Source: Candidatus Shapirobacteria bacterium
GTDB taxonomy: Bacteria; Patescibacteriota; Microgenomatia; UBA12405
Reading direction: 5' to 3'
DNA length: 64,000 nucleotides
Assembly: GCA_037142555.1 (NCBI GenBank)
Contig: JBAXAJ010000002.1
Location: 15,029 to 79,028 of the forward strand
Below the pieces are notes generated by a model, which did no database searches, was not told the DNA's origin, and was given only the letters and a program-made list of their open reading frames with translations. Positions 12,297-19,476 of the stretch are shown here, piece after piece. The position numbers and the translations under genes were made by a program. Within the stretch, counting starts at the first letter, position 1, and every line of letters starts with the position of its first letter.

Positions 12297-12352
12297 CAAT
12301 CCAGTACTTTTATTAAAAAGCCAACAGCTGGTGAAATTTAATAATTAGTACA
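12297..12352 (+). repeat. Copy B of the conserved leader/promoter-proximal element; the promoter upstream is TTGCCG-17-TACAAT.
   Basis: CCAGTACTTTTATTAAAAAGCCAACAGCTGGTGAAATTTAATAA is nearly identical to the copy at 9142-9195. Confidence 0.5.
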
Positions 12353-12427
12353 GCACTTTTAAAATTAATAAAGCTAAAAACTTTTATATATAGATAAAAA
12401 AATAAAAAAAGAAGAGGAGTGAAATTT

Positions 12428-12649
12428 ATGAAGAAAACAGTTATTTGTCTTGGAAAAGTTGTAGATTTAACTGAAATTACCAACATTAGTGAAGGTTTTA
12501 TAAGTGACAGAGGTTCATATTTTATTGTTTCTTTATTATCTGGAGAAGAAATAACTTTACCTTGTTATGGATATTGTCCTGCTGATTTAGAACCAAAAAG
12601 GAATAATCTTATAAAAAAATGGACAAAATACAGAAATTCACAAAAATAA
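12428..12649 (+). CDS. Small hypothetical protein (~74 aa, contains LPCYGYCP).
   Basis: ATG 8 nt after GAAGAGGAGTG. The ORF track starts at the GTG at 12419. Confidence 0.4.
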   Translation: MKKTVICLGKVVDLTEITNISEGFISDRGSYFIVSLLSGEEITLPCYGYCPADLEPKRNNLIKKWTKYRNSQK

Positions 12650-12672
12650 AAAAGAAGGAGAGTGGGTTTGTT

Positions 12673-12954
12673 ATGAGGAAAAGGTATTATCAAATTACGT
12701 CAGACGAAGATTTTAAGGAAATGGATTTTAAAATCAAATGTTTTGAAAGAATTTTTATTTTAGTGGAAATAGTTTTAATACTTCTCACAATTTATTTCCA
12801 GAATTTGTGGTTTCTTGTTTTAATTTTTATTATTGGAATCCCTTGTATTTTAGTTGAAATAAACATTGTTGGTCCGGCTAAATCAGCAATGGGAAATTTT
12901 ATGAATGAAAAATATAAAAAAGGCATTGTTTATGTCTATAAGAAGAAGGAGTGA
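12673..12954 (+). CDS. Small hypothetical membrane protein (two predicted TM helices).
   Basis: An ATG after AAGAAGGAGAGTG gives MRKRYYQITSDEDF... followed by two hydrophobic stretches. Confidence 0.4.
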   Translation: MRKRYYQITSDEDFKEMDFKIKCFERIFILVEIVLILLTIYFQNLWFLVLIFIIGIPCILVEINIVGPAKSAMGNFMNEKYKKGIVYVYKKKE

Positions 12955-12959
12955 TTTTA

Positions 12960-13241
12960 ATGAAATTAAAAGTTACAAAAGAAATTCTTAAGTTGTTGAT
13001 TGAGGAAACTTTTGAAGTTAATGAAGAAAATATTTTTCCAAGCAACTTTTCTGGAAAAGTATATTTCAACAATTATAGTGATTATGGTCATCACATGTTT
13101 CGTGTTAACCCTCAATTAATTGTCACTGAATCATCAGACAATGTATTTTATATTTTCACAACTCTAACTCAAAAAATGACAAAAGAAATTAAAAAATCAT
13201 TTGAAGAATTTTGTGAATCTATTGGAAGAGAGGGATTTTAG
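12960..13241 (+). CDS. Small hypothetical protein (~94 aa).
   Basis: ATG after AGAAGGAGTG gives MKLKVTKEILK... Confidence 0.4.
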   Translation: MKLKVTKEILKLLIEETFEVNEENIFPSNFSGKVYFNNYSDYGHHMFRVNPQLIVTESSDNVFYIFTTLTQKMTKEIKKSFEEFCESIGREGF

Positions 13242-13244
13242 ACA

Positions 13245-13373
13245 TGAAAAGGAAAAAAATAGTTTGTGACAACACCTGTGGTGTTTCACACATCACAAAA
13301 AGATCTATTTCCAGTTTTAAAACACCAACAAGAAGACGTCATCAACCGAAAAGGGGTCGGAAAGTTTGTTAGT
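13245..13373 (+). CDS. Very small basic Cys-containing peptide (42 aa), MKRKKIVCDNTCGVSHITK...RRRHQPKRGRKVC.
   Basis: ATG 4 nt after the preceding stop, with AGAGAGGGA upstream. Too short for the ORF track. Speculative. Confidence 0.25.
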
Positions 13374-13391
13374 TTTTATTAATTTTGCAAT

Positions 13392-13450
13392 ACCGGTAGG
13401 TGTCAATGTATATTTTTTTAAAATATATAAACACTTGCCGGCTTTTTTTT
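13392..13450 (+). terminator. Intrinsic terminator, copy 2 of the repeated family.
   Basis: ACCGGTAGGTG...AATATATAAACACTTGCCGGC followed by T8. Confidence 0.6.
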
Positions 13451-13460
13451 AAGCCTATAA

Positions 13461-13489
13461 TTGACTATCTAGCCACTTTACATTATAAT
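13461..13489 (+). promoter_or_regulatory. Near-consensus sigma70-type promoter, TTGACT-17-TATAAT.
   Basis: Exact hexamers with 17-nt spacing. A degenerate leader copy C (13488-13545) follows it. Confidence 0.55.
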
Positions 13490-13586
13490 CACCACACTTT
13501 TATTAAATGATCTAAAGCAGATAAATTTAATGTAAGTATGCACATTAAATCAATAAAATAAAAAAAAGAGAGAGGAGTGTTTTTAA

Positions 13587-13874
13587 ATGCAAGCACCAGT
13601 AAGAGAAAGGCCGATTAGGATTTTCAAACAAGAAGAATTGATTGATTTTGTCCAAAAAGAATTTGGAGAAACAGCAGTTGTAGGTCCATTCATCGGGATA
13701 TGTAGTTGTTTATTGATAACAGAAAAAAGTAGTTTCATTATCAATTCCAGACTGTTTATTCGGGAGATCACTTCAACAGGGTATTTAGAAAATAACAACG
13801 CAAAAGAAATAGAAAATGCTTTAAAAGAAGCATATTTCAATCAAACAAGAGGAGTCGACCAAAATGTCCAATGA
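13587..13874 (+). CDS. Small hypothetical protein (95 aa).
   Basis: ATG after AAAGAGAGAGGAGTG. Confidence 0.4.
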   Translation: MQAPVRERPIRIFKQEELIDFVQKEFGETAVVGPFIGICSCLLITEKSSFIINSRLFIREITSTGYLENNNAKEIENALKEAYFNQTRGVDQNVQ

Positions 13875-14052
13875 AATTGAAAACGAAGCAAAAAAGCCAA
13901 TTAGATTTGGTAAGTTGAAAGTGTTAAGAAAAACCATTGAGCCTGGGCCAACAAGATGTTTTCTCACTCGTTGTGATTGTAAAAATCTGAAAATTATTCC
14001 AGAAGCTGATCTAAAATCAGGTTCAATAACAAGTTGCGGAAAATGCGAATAA
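13864..14052 (+). CDS. Small Cys-rich (zinc-ribbon-like) protein, 62 aa.
   Basis: Cys pattern Cx4CxC...Cx2C. SD CAAGAGGAGTCG upstream. Start overlaps the previous ORF's stop. Confidence 0.4.
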   Translation: MSNEIENEAKKPIRFGKLKVLRKTIEPGPTRCFLTRCDCKNLKIIPEADLKSGSITSCGKCE

Positions 14053-14070
14053 CCAAAGGAGGTTGTTGAA

Positions 14071-14418
14071 ATGACTACTGAAGAAAGACAAAAATTCATT
14101 AGGAAAATGAAGCGAAAACAAACTCAAATCAACAACACAATCGCAAAATTGGAAAGTGTTGAAGATCTTGAAGATTTAATTTCAATAAATCAATGTATTT
14201 TTGTGGCCAACAATCTTATCCGAACACAAAATAAATATCTTGAAGTTCATTATTTTAATAATAATAACAATTTAGGGTATCTTCTCAATGTTTGTGATGG
14301 GATTATCAGAGAAAATAAGAAGATTGAGTCAAACAATGAATACATAACTTCAAATCAGATACTCCAAAAGTTAACACTTTTAAAGTGTTATGCATCTTCA
14401 CCTTTAGTTTCCTTTTAA
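14071..14418 (+). CDS. Small hypothetical protein (115 aa).
   Basis: ATG after CCAAAGGAGG. Confidence 0.4.
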   Translation: MTTEERQKFIRKMKRKQTQINNTIAKLESVEDLEDLISINQCIFVANNLIRTQNKYLEVHYFNNNNNLGYLLNVCDGIIRENKKIESNNEYITSNQILQKLTLLKCYASSPLVSF

Positions 14419-14440
14419 ATTTTTTAGTTTTATTGATCGA

Positions 14441-14490
14441 GTCGGAGGCAAATATATTTTTTTATAAAAATATAAACACCTCCGGCTTTT
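14441..14490 (+). terminator. Intrinsic terminator, copy 3 of the repeated family.
   Basis: GTCGGAGGCA-AATATATTTTTTTATAAAAATATAAA-CACCTCCGGC followed by TTTTTC. The stem sequence differs from copies 1 and 2, but pairing is preserved (covariation). Confidence 0.6.
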
Positions 14491-14514
14491 TCTTGACCAA
14501 ATATAACCTATAAC

Positions 14515-14543
14515 TTGACAAACAAAATATAACATGATATTAT
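14515..14543 (+). promoter_or_regulatory. Near-consensus promoter, TTGACA-17-TATTAT.
   Basis: Exact -35 hexamer, 17-nt spacer and a 5/6 match at -10. Confidence 0.5.
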
Positions 14544-14549
14544 AAGACT

Positions 14550-14682
14550 ATAACCTTAAAAATTAGTGGTTAAAGGAGAGAACGGGAGTATAGCTCCTCA
14601 AGAGTTCTTGTACCCCTTTTCTCCTTTGAACATTAATTAATAATAATTAAATCGGCTCGATTCTTCGGGCCGGTTTTTTTTG
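14550..14682 (+). ncRNA. Putative ~130-nt structured leader or small RNA ending in an intrinsic terminator, directly upstream of ispH.
   Basis: Lies downstream of the 14515-14543 promoter. Internal complementarity: AAAGGAGAGAA (14572-14582) pairs with TTTCTCCTTTG (14618-14628). Ends with the CGGCUCGA-UUCU-UCGGGCCG + T8 terminator at 14653-14680. The ispH ATG is at 14724. Confidence 0.35.
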
Positions 14683-14723
14683 GTCAAAGCAAATGTTTTT
14701 ATTATTTTTTACGACCAAACTAT

Positions 14724-15575
14724 ATGGCTAAAAAAATAATAGTTGCCAATCCCCATGGTTTTTGCCTTGGTGTGACTCGCGCTGTCAATCTAGCCAAAGA
14801 CACAGCCAAAAAATATCCCAAGCAAACCTATTTATTAGGTGAAATTGTTCATAATCAGTTTGTAGTCAAAGATTTAAAAGACAATTACGGCATTTTTACT
14901 GTTAATTCGCTCCAAGAAATTCCCGCTGGTTCAGCGGTTATCATCCGCGCCCATGGTGCTTCTCCTCAAAGCTTTTCAGAAGCCAAGTCTTTGGGTTTAA
15001 ATATTATTGACGCCACTTGTCCTTTAGTTAGCAAAGTTCATCAAGATGTTAAAAAAATAGCTTCAGAAAATAAACATATCATTTATGTTGCTTCTGATTT
15101 GGATCATGATGAAGCCATTAGTGTCCAAAGCCAAGCTCCAAAAAACATCACTCTAATCACTCTTAAAGACCTTTCTAATTTAGAAATTAAAAACCCCCAA
15201 GATACTATAGTTATCACTCAAACCACTCTCTCAATTTTTGAGACCCAAAAAGAACTAGAAAAAATAAAACAAAAATATCCTCAAATTATTATCCAACCTC
15301 ACATCTGTGATGCCACCACCCAGCGTCAAAAGGCCATATCTAAGATTGCCAAAGAATCGGATATACTTATTATAGTTGGCTCAAAAAATAGTTCAAATTC
15401 AAAACGGCTTTTTGAACTAGGAGAATCTCTTGGAGTCAAATCTTTTATAATTGAATCAGCCAGTGATTTACAACCAAGTTACTTTGAGGGGGTTAATAAA
15501 ATCGCCATTAGTTCTGGTGCCAGCACTCCAGAAAATTTATTAAATGAAGTTATTAAAAAAATTAATAGTTTATAA
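14724..15575 (+). CDS. ispH: 4-hydroxy-3-methylbut-2-enyl diphosphate reductase.
   Basis: NPHGFCLGVTRAV...EIVHNQFVV...IIRAHGASP...DATCPLVSKVH IspH/LytB motifs. Confidence 0.85.
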   Translation: MAKKIIVANPHGFCLGVTRAVNLAKDTAKKYPKQTYLLGEIVHNQFVVKDLKDNYGIFTVNSLQEIPAGSAVIIRAHGASPQSFSEAKSLGLNIIDATCPLVSKVHQDVKKIASENKHIIYVASDLDHDEAISVQSQAPKNITLITLKDLSNLEIKNPQDTIVITQTTLSIFETQKELEKIKQKYPQIIIQPHICDATTQRQKAISKIAKESDILIIVGSKNSSNSKRLFELGESLGVKSFIIESASDLQPSYFEGVNKIAISSGASTPENLLNEVIKKINSL

Positions 15576-15578
15576 ATT

Positions 15579-16634
15579 ATGATTAATAGAAAACTAACAA
15601 AAAAAATTCGGGTCGGTAATATCTTCATTGGTGGCGACGCTCCAATTCCAGTTCAAACTATGATTAAATCTGATGCTCATGACGTCGATGCTGTTGTCAA
15701 AGAAATTTTGAGAACCGAAGACGTTGGTTGCGAAATCACCCGAATGGGCGTTCTTGACATGGAAAGTGTCAAAAACTTTTCCAAAATCAAAAAACAGATT
15801 CATATTCCTATTGTTGCCGACATCCATTTTGATTATCGGCTTGCCATTGAAGCCATCAAACAAGGTGTCGATAAATTACGAATTAATCCTGGAAATATCG
15901 GCGACATCTCTAATGTCAAAAAAGTTGTTAATCTAGCCAAAGAGCGTGGTGTTCCTATCAGAATTGGTGTTAATGCTGGTTCTCTGGAAAAAGATATTTT
16001 AGAAAAAAATAATGGTCATGCCACTGCTGCTGGGCTAGTTGAATCTGCTTCTCGTCACATCAAAATTCTTGAAGACTTGAACTTTGATCAAACTATAGTT
16101 TCTCTTAAAGCTTCAGATATTGCTATGACAGTTGAGGCTTATAATCTTTTTTCTCAAAAGTATGATTATCCACTCCATATTGGCATTACTGAAGCTGGAA
16201 CCAACTGGTCGGGAACTATCAAATCTAGCATCGGGATCGGTAGTCTTTTATTAGATGGCATTGGCGACACTCTTCGAGTTTCTTTAACCGCCGATCCAAC
16301 TCTAGAAGTTCGCACTGGTTGGGAAATTTTAAAAAATCTCGAAATCAGAGATCGTGGCCCTAGGCTAATTTCTTGTCCAACTTGCAGCCGCACTCAATAT
16401 GACTTATTTGCCCTTGTCAAACAAGTTGAAGAATATCTAGCCACCTTAGACAAGTCTATTAAAGTTGCGGTCATGGGTTGTGTGGTTAATGGGCCAGGTG
16501 AAGCCAGAGAAGCCGATGTTGGCGTGGCTGGAGGCAAAGATTGTGGTATTTTATTTTCAAAAGGAAAGATTTTAAAAACTATTCCCGAATCAGACATGTT
16601 TTTCGAACTAAAAAAGTTAATTGAACAGTTTTAA
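15579..16634 (+). CDS. ispG: 4-hydroxy-3-methylbut-2-en-1-yl diphosphate synthase.
   Basis: IRVGNIFIGGDAPIPVQTM...EITRMGV...C-terminal CPTCSRT...GCVVNGPGE GcpE motifs. Confidence 0.85.
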   Translation: MINRKLTKKIRVGNIFIGGDAPIPVQTMIKSDAHDVDAVVKEILRTEDVGCEITRMGVLDMESVKNFSKIKKQIHIPIVADIHFDYRLAIEAIKQGVDKLRINPGNIGDISNVKKVVNLAKERGVPIRIGVNAGSLEKDILEKNNGHATAAGLVESASRHIKILEDLNFDQTIVSLKASDIAMTVEAYNLFSQKYDYPLHIGITEAGTNWSGTIKSSIGIGSLLLDGIGDTLRVSLTADPTLEVRTGWEILKNLEIRDRGPRLISCPTCSRTQYDLFALVKQVEEYLATLDKSIKVAVMGCVVNGPGEAREADVGVAGGKDCGILFSKGKILKTIPESDMFFELKKLIEQF

Positions 16635-16662
16635 TAATTTAAAATATAGTAAAATCAATCAA

Positions 16663-17358
16663 ATGACTAATAGAACAACTATCACTGGTTTTGTCGGTCC
16701 AATGAATGCCCGAAAAACTCTTCTTCTCCTAGACCATATTTCTGCTGCTGAAGCTGTTGGTGAAAATGTTTTAGTCTATAAACCAGAAATAGATGATCGT
16801 TTCTCCGTTGACCAAATTTGTTCACGTTGTGGTGGTTCTCATAAAGCTATTCCTGTCCCTAGTTCAACTCAAGGTGATTTGAAAGCCAGTTCTAGTTGGA
16901 TTCTAAAAGACGTTCAAAAACAGAAAATTAAACCAAACATTGTCGCCATTGATGAAGCCAATTTCTTCGATGATGACATCGACGAAGTTGCCACGCGTCT
17001 GACCGAAATGGGGATTCAAGTGGCCTACACTGGTCTTAACACTAACTATCGCGGTGAAGCTTTCAGTAATGGCATGAGAGATTTAATGTCTATTTCAAAC
17101 AAACTTGAAGTTTTAACTGCCAGATGCAGCTATTCAGCTGATGGTGTCCACAAATGCGGGGCAGTTGCCACTATGACCCAACGTCTCAAGAATGGCATTG
17201 AAGATTCCTATGAAAGTCCTCTAATCGTTGTTGAAAAATTTGTGACTGACCAAGGGAAACAGCCAACTTACACTTATGAAGCCAGATGTTTGGAACACTG
17301 GTCCATCAAAGGCAATCGACCTAAAAAAGATCTTAAATTCCAGAAACCTGAACTATAA
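16663..17358 (+). CDS. tdk: Thymidine kinase (Tdk family) with an atypical Walker A.
   Basis: GPMNARKT aligns with E. coli Tdk SAMNAGKST; EIDDRF, IDEANFF and YTGLNTNYRGEAF are all conserved. Start taken at the ATG at 16663. Confidence 0.6.
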   Translation: MTNRTTITGFVGPMNARKTLLLLDHISAAEAVGENVLVYKPEIDDRFSVDQICSRCGGSHKAIPVPSSTQGDLKASSSWILKDVQKQKIKPNIVAIDEANFFDDDIDEVATRLTEMGIQVAYTGLNTNYRGEAFSNGMRDLMSISNKLEVLTARCSYSADGVHKCGAVATMTQRLKNGIEDSYESPLIVVEKFVTDQGKQPTYTYEARCLEHWSIKGNRPKKDLKFQKPEL

Positions 17359-17788
17359 CTTTTCTTTTTCGACTACAGTCTAGTTCAATTGCAAAAATTC
17401 TTTGCCAAACTCCCAAAATTAATTTGCCATCGATTATTGGAATAGTTTCCGAATTTCTCATTAATAGGTGAGTGCAGTGTGAATGCCCATTAAGACAATC
17501 AGAAACTCCAGATTGACAGACTAAATTTTCAGTTCTCAAATTTAAATCATTATGTTGGTAATAAGCAGTGTTAGGGATTAATTTATCCATCAATTCCTTA
17601 AAATCATTACAAATTCCTTTTTCTTTTTCATTGACGCAAATTGCCAAAGTGGTGTGGGTTGAATAGACCAAGACTGATCCATTCTTAACTTCTGCCTCTT
17701 TTACAATTTTTTCAACCTCTTCTGTGATGTCGATAAATTCTAAATATTTTTCGGATTTGAACTCGATGTTGTCGTTTTTTATTTTCAT
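17333..17788 (-). CDS. YjbQ/UPF0047 family protein.
   Basis: STHTTLAICVNE...AHL...IPI..GKLILGVWQRIFAIELD signature. Confidence 0.65.
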   Translation of the reverse strand: MKIKNDNIEFKSEKYLEFIDITEEVEKIVKEAEVKNGSVLVYSTHTTLAICVNEKEKGICNDFKELMDKLIPNTAYYQHNDLNLRTENLVCQSGVSDCLNGHSHCTHLLMRNSETIPIIDGKLILGVWQRIFAIELDCSRKRKVIVQVSGI

Positions 17789-17803
17789 AATAATATTAAG
17801 TCG

Positions 17804-18145
17804 TTACTTTTTAAATAAACATTTGAACAACCAAAATCCAAGATAGGTAAAAATTATCAGTTCTATTGTTGAAACAACTAAAAAGACCATTCCTACCGAA
17901 TTTAAAACAAAACCATATCGATATCTATCCCAAACTAACCTAGCACTGACATAAAAAATAGCTGGCATTATTGCCATCAAACTTAATAAAAAAATTTGCG
18001 ATTTGTCTCTTTCTTTTAACAAAGTTTTAATCGTCAAAAAAGGCTGGTTTAAGAGTTGATATAAATTACATAATAGCTTCCAAATCTGTCTAGCCGCGAT
18101 TAAAATAGTCAACCTAAAAATTTTTCTAAATCTTTTTTTTATCAT
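17804..18145 (-). CDS. Small membrane protein, possible anti-sigma factor partner.
   Basis: 113 aa with two TM helices. Overlaps and is co-oriented with the upstream sigma-factor gene. Confidence 0.3.
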   Translation of the reverse strand: MIKKRFRKIFRLTILIAARQIWKLLCNLYQLLNQPFLTIKTLLKERDKSQIFLLSLMAIMPAIFYVSARLVWDRYRYGFVLNSVGMVFLVVSTIELIIFTYLGFWLFKCLFKK

Positions 18146-18650
18146 AATTCCAAACTTCTCTAAACTTATGTTTAGCTCTGATCAGCTTGGATTCCACTGC
18201 CTTATCACTTAATTTTAATTTATTAGCAATTTGGCTTATTTTGAATCCGTCTATATATTTAAGTCGTAAGATTTTCTTATATCCTTTGCTTATTTCTCTA
18301 AAAGTCTTTTTAATTTCGTCTTTAAGTTCATTTTTAAGCACATCTCGCTCAGGTGTCAGTGCCTTGTCAGCAATTTCTTCAAAAATTGGACAAGCTGAAA
18401 ATAAAATAGTTTTAAGTTTCTTTTTTCGGTAATAATCAATTATTTTATGTTTAGCAATGCTGCATAACCAACTAAATTCGCTACTTGTGCCACTAAAAGT
18501 CGACAGAGAAGTCATTCCCGCCATCATAATGTCATTGGTCAATTCTTCAACCATTCCCTCATCATCAACTTTTTTAGCCACAAAACTCTTTATACTTCGA
18601 TAATATTTGTTATAAAAATTTTCCATTTGTATCCGTTTATTATATATCAT
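18126..18650 (-). CDS. RNA polymerase sigma factor, ECF-like (sigma-70 regions 2 and 4).
   Basis: Region-2-like IIDYYRKKK and a C-terminal helix-turn-helix ISQIANKLKLSDKAVESKLIRAKHKFRE. Confidence 0.55.
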   Translation of the reverse strand: MIYNKRIQMENFYNKYYRSIKSFVAKKVDDEGMVEELTNDIMMAGMTSLSTFSGTSSEFSWLCSIAKHKIIDYYRKKKLKTILFSACPIFEEIADKALTPERDVLKNELKDEIKKTFREISKGYKKILRLKYIDGFKISQIANKLKLSDKAVESKLIRAKHKFREVWNYDKKKI

Positions 18651-18666
18651 TTAAAGAGGGCTTTTT

Positions 18667-19476
18667 TTGCATTATACTTATTTAATGCTCTCCTTCAATA
18701 AAGATCATCCTTTAGATCAATTATCTTCAGAACTGAGACTAGATTTGCTTGAAATAATCTATCAATCCGGTGGCGGTCACATTGGTGGCTCTCTTTCTTC
18801 TATTGATTTAATGACTTCAGTTTATTTTTCCCAAATTTTTGATCTGAAAAAAGATCATTTCATTCTGTCAGCTGGTCACCTTTGCACAGCTCTTTATGTA
18901 GTTCTAGCCAAAGCTGGTTATTTCTCTCCAAAACTACTCCCAAGCTATTCTTCTTTTGGCTCTCTTCTTCAAGGTCATGTCTCTGCTCAAGTTCCAGGTG
19001 TTGAATATTCTTCTGGTTCTCTTGGTCAAGGGCTTTCTTTTGCTTGTGGCCTAGCTCTAGGTGACAGAGATAATAAAACTATTTGTCTAACTTCCGATGG
19101 GGAACACCAGGAAGGTCAAATTTGGGAAGCAGTTATGTTTGCCAAAAAATATCAACTTGGTAATTTAATTAATATTGTTGATTTTAATGGTTACCAAATC
19201 GATGGTGCTGTTAAAGACATTATGCCTCTAAATGATTTAGCTGCCAAATATATCAGTTTTGGTTGGTCGGTAACAACTGTCGATGGTCACGATTTTAATC
19301 AAATTTTTAAAGCTCTAAAAAAAGAATCTGTTCTATATCCTCATTGTATTATTGCCAAAACAACCCTAGGTAAAGGAATATCATACATGGAAAATAACTA
19401 TAACTATCATGATGTCAAAAACCTATCACCAGATCTCTATAATCAAGCCCTAGTTCAATTAAGGAGCAAATTATGA
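18667..19476 (+). CDS. Transketolase, N-terminal (TPP-binding) subunit.
   Basis: GGHIGGSLSSIDL...GSLGQGLS...DGEHQEG. Confidence 0.8.
   Translation: MHYTYLMLSFNKDHPLDQLSSELRLDLLEIIYQSGGGHIGGSLSSIDLMTSVYFSQIFDLKKDHFILSAGHLCTALYVVLAKAGYFSPKLLPSYSSFGSLLQGHVSAQVPGVEYSSGSLGQGLSFACGLALGDRDNKTICLTSDGEHQEGQIWEAVMFAKKYQLGNLINIVDFNGYQIDGAVKDIMPLNDLAAKYISFGWSVTTVDGHDFNQIFKALKKESVLYPHCIIAKTTLGKGISYMENNYNYHDVKNLSPDLYNQALVQLRSKL

Noticed and set aside
9100-14500. Interpretation of the 9.1-14.5 kb segment as a tRNA-integrated prophage or integrative element.
   Set aside because: There is no integrase, no direct repeat of the tRNA 3' end and no phage structural genes. The segment also lies on the 5' side of the minus-strand tRNA-Cys, not the 3' side where tRNA-targeting integrases insert. 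It is kept only as a compositionally distinct module.
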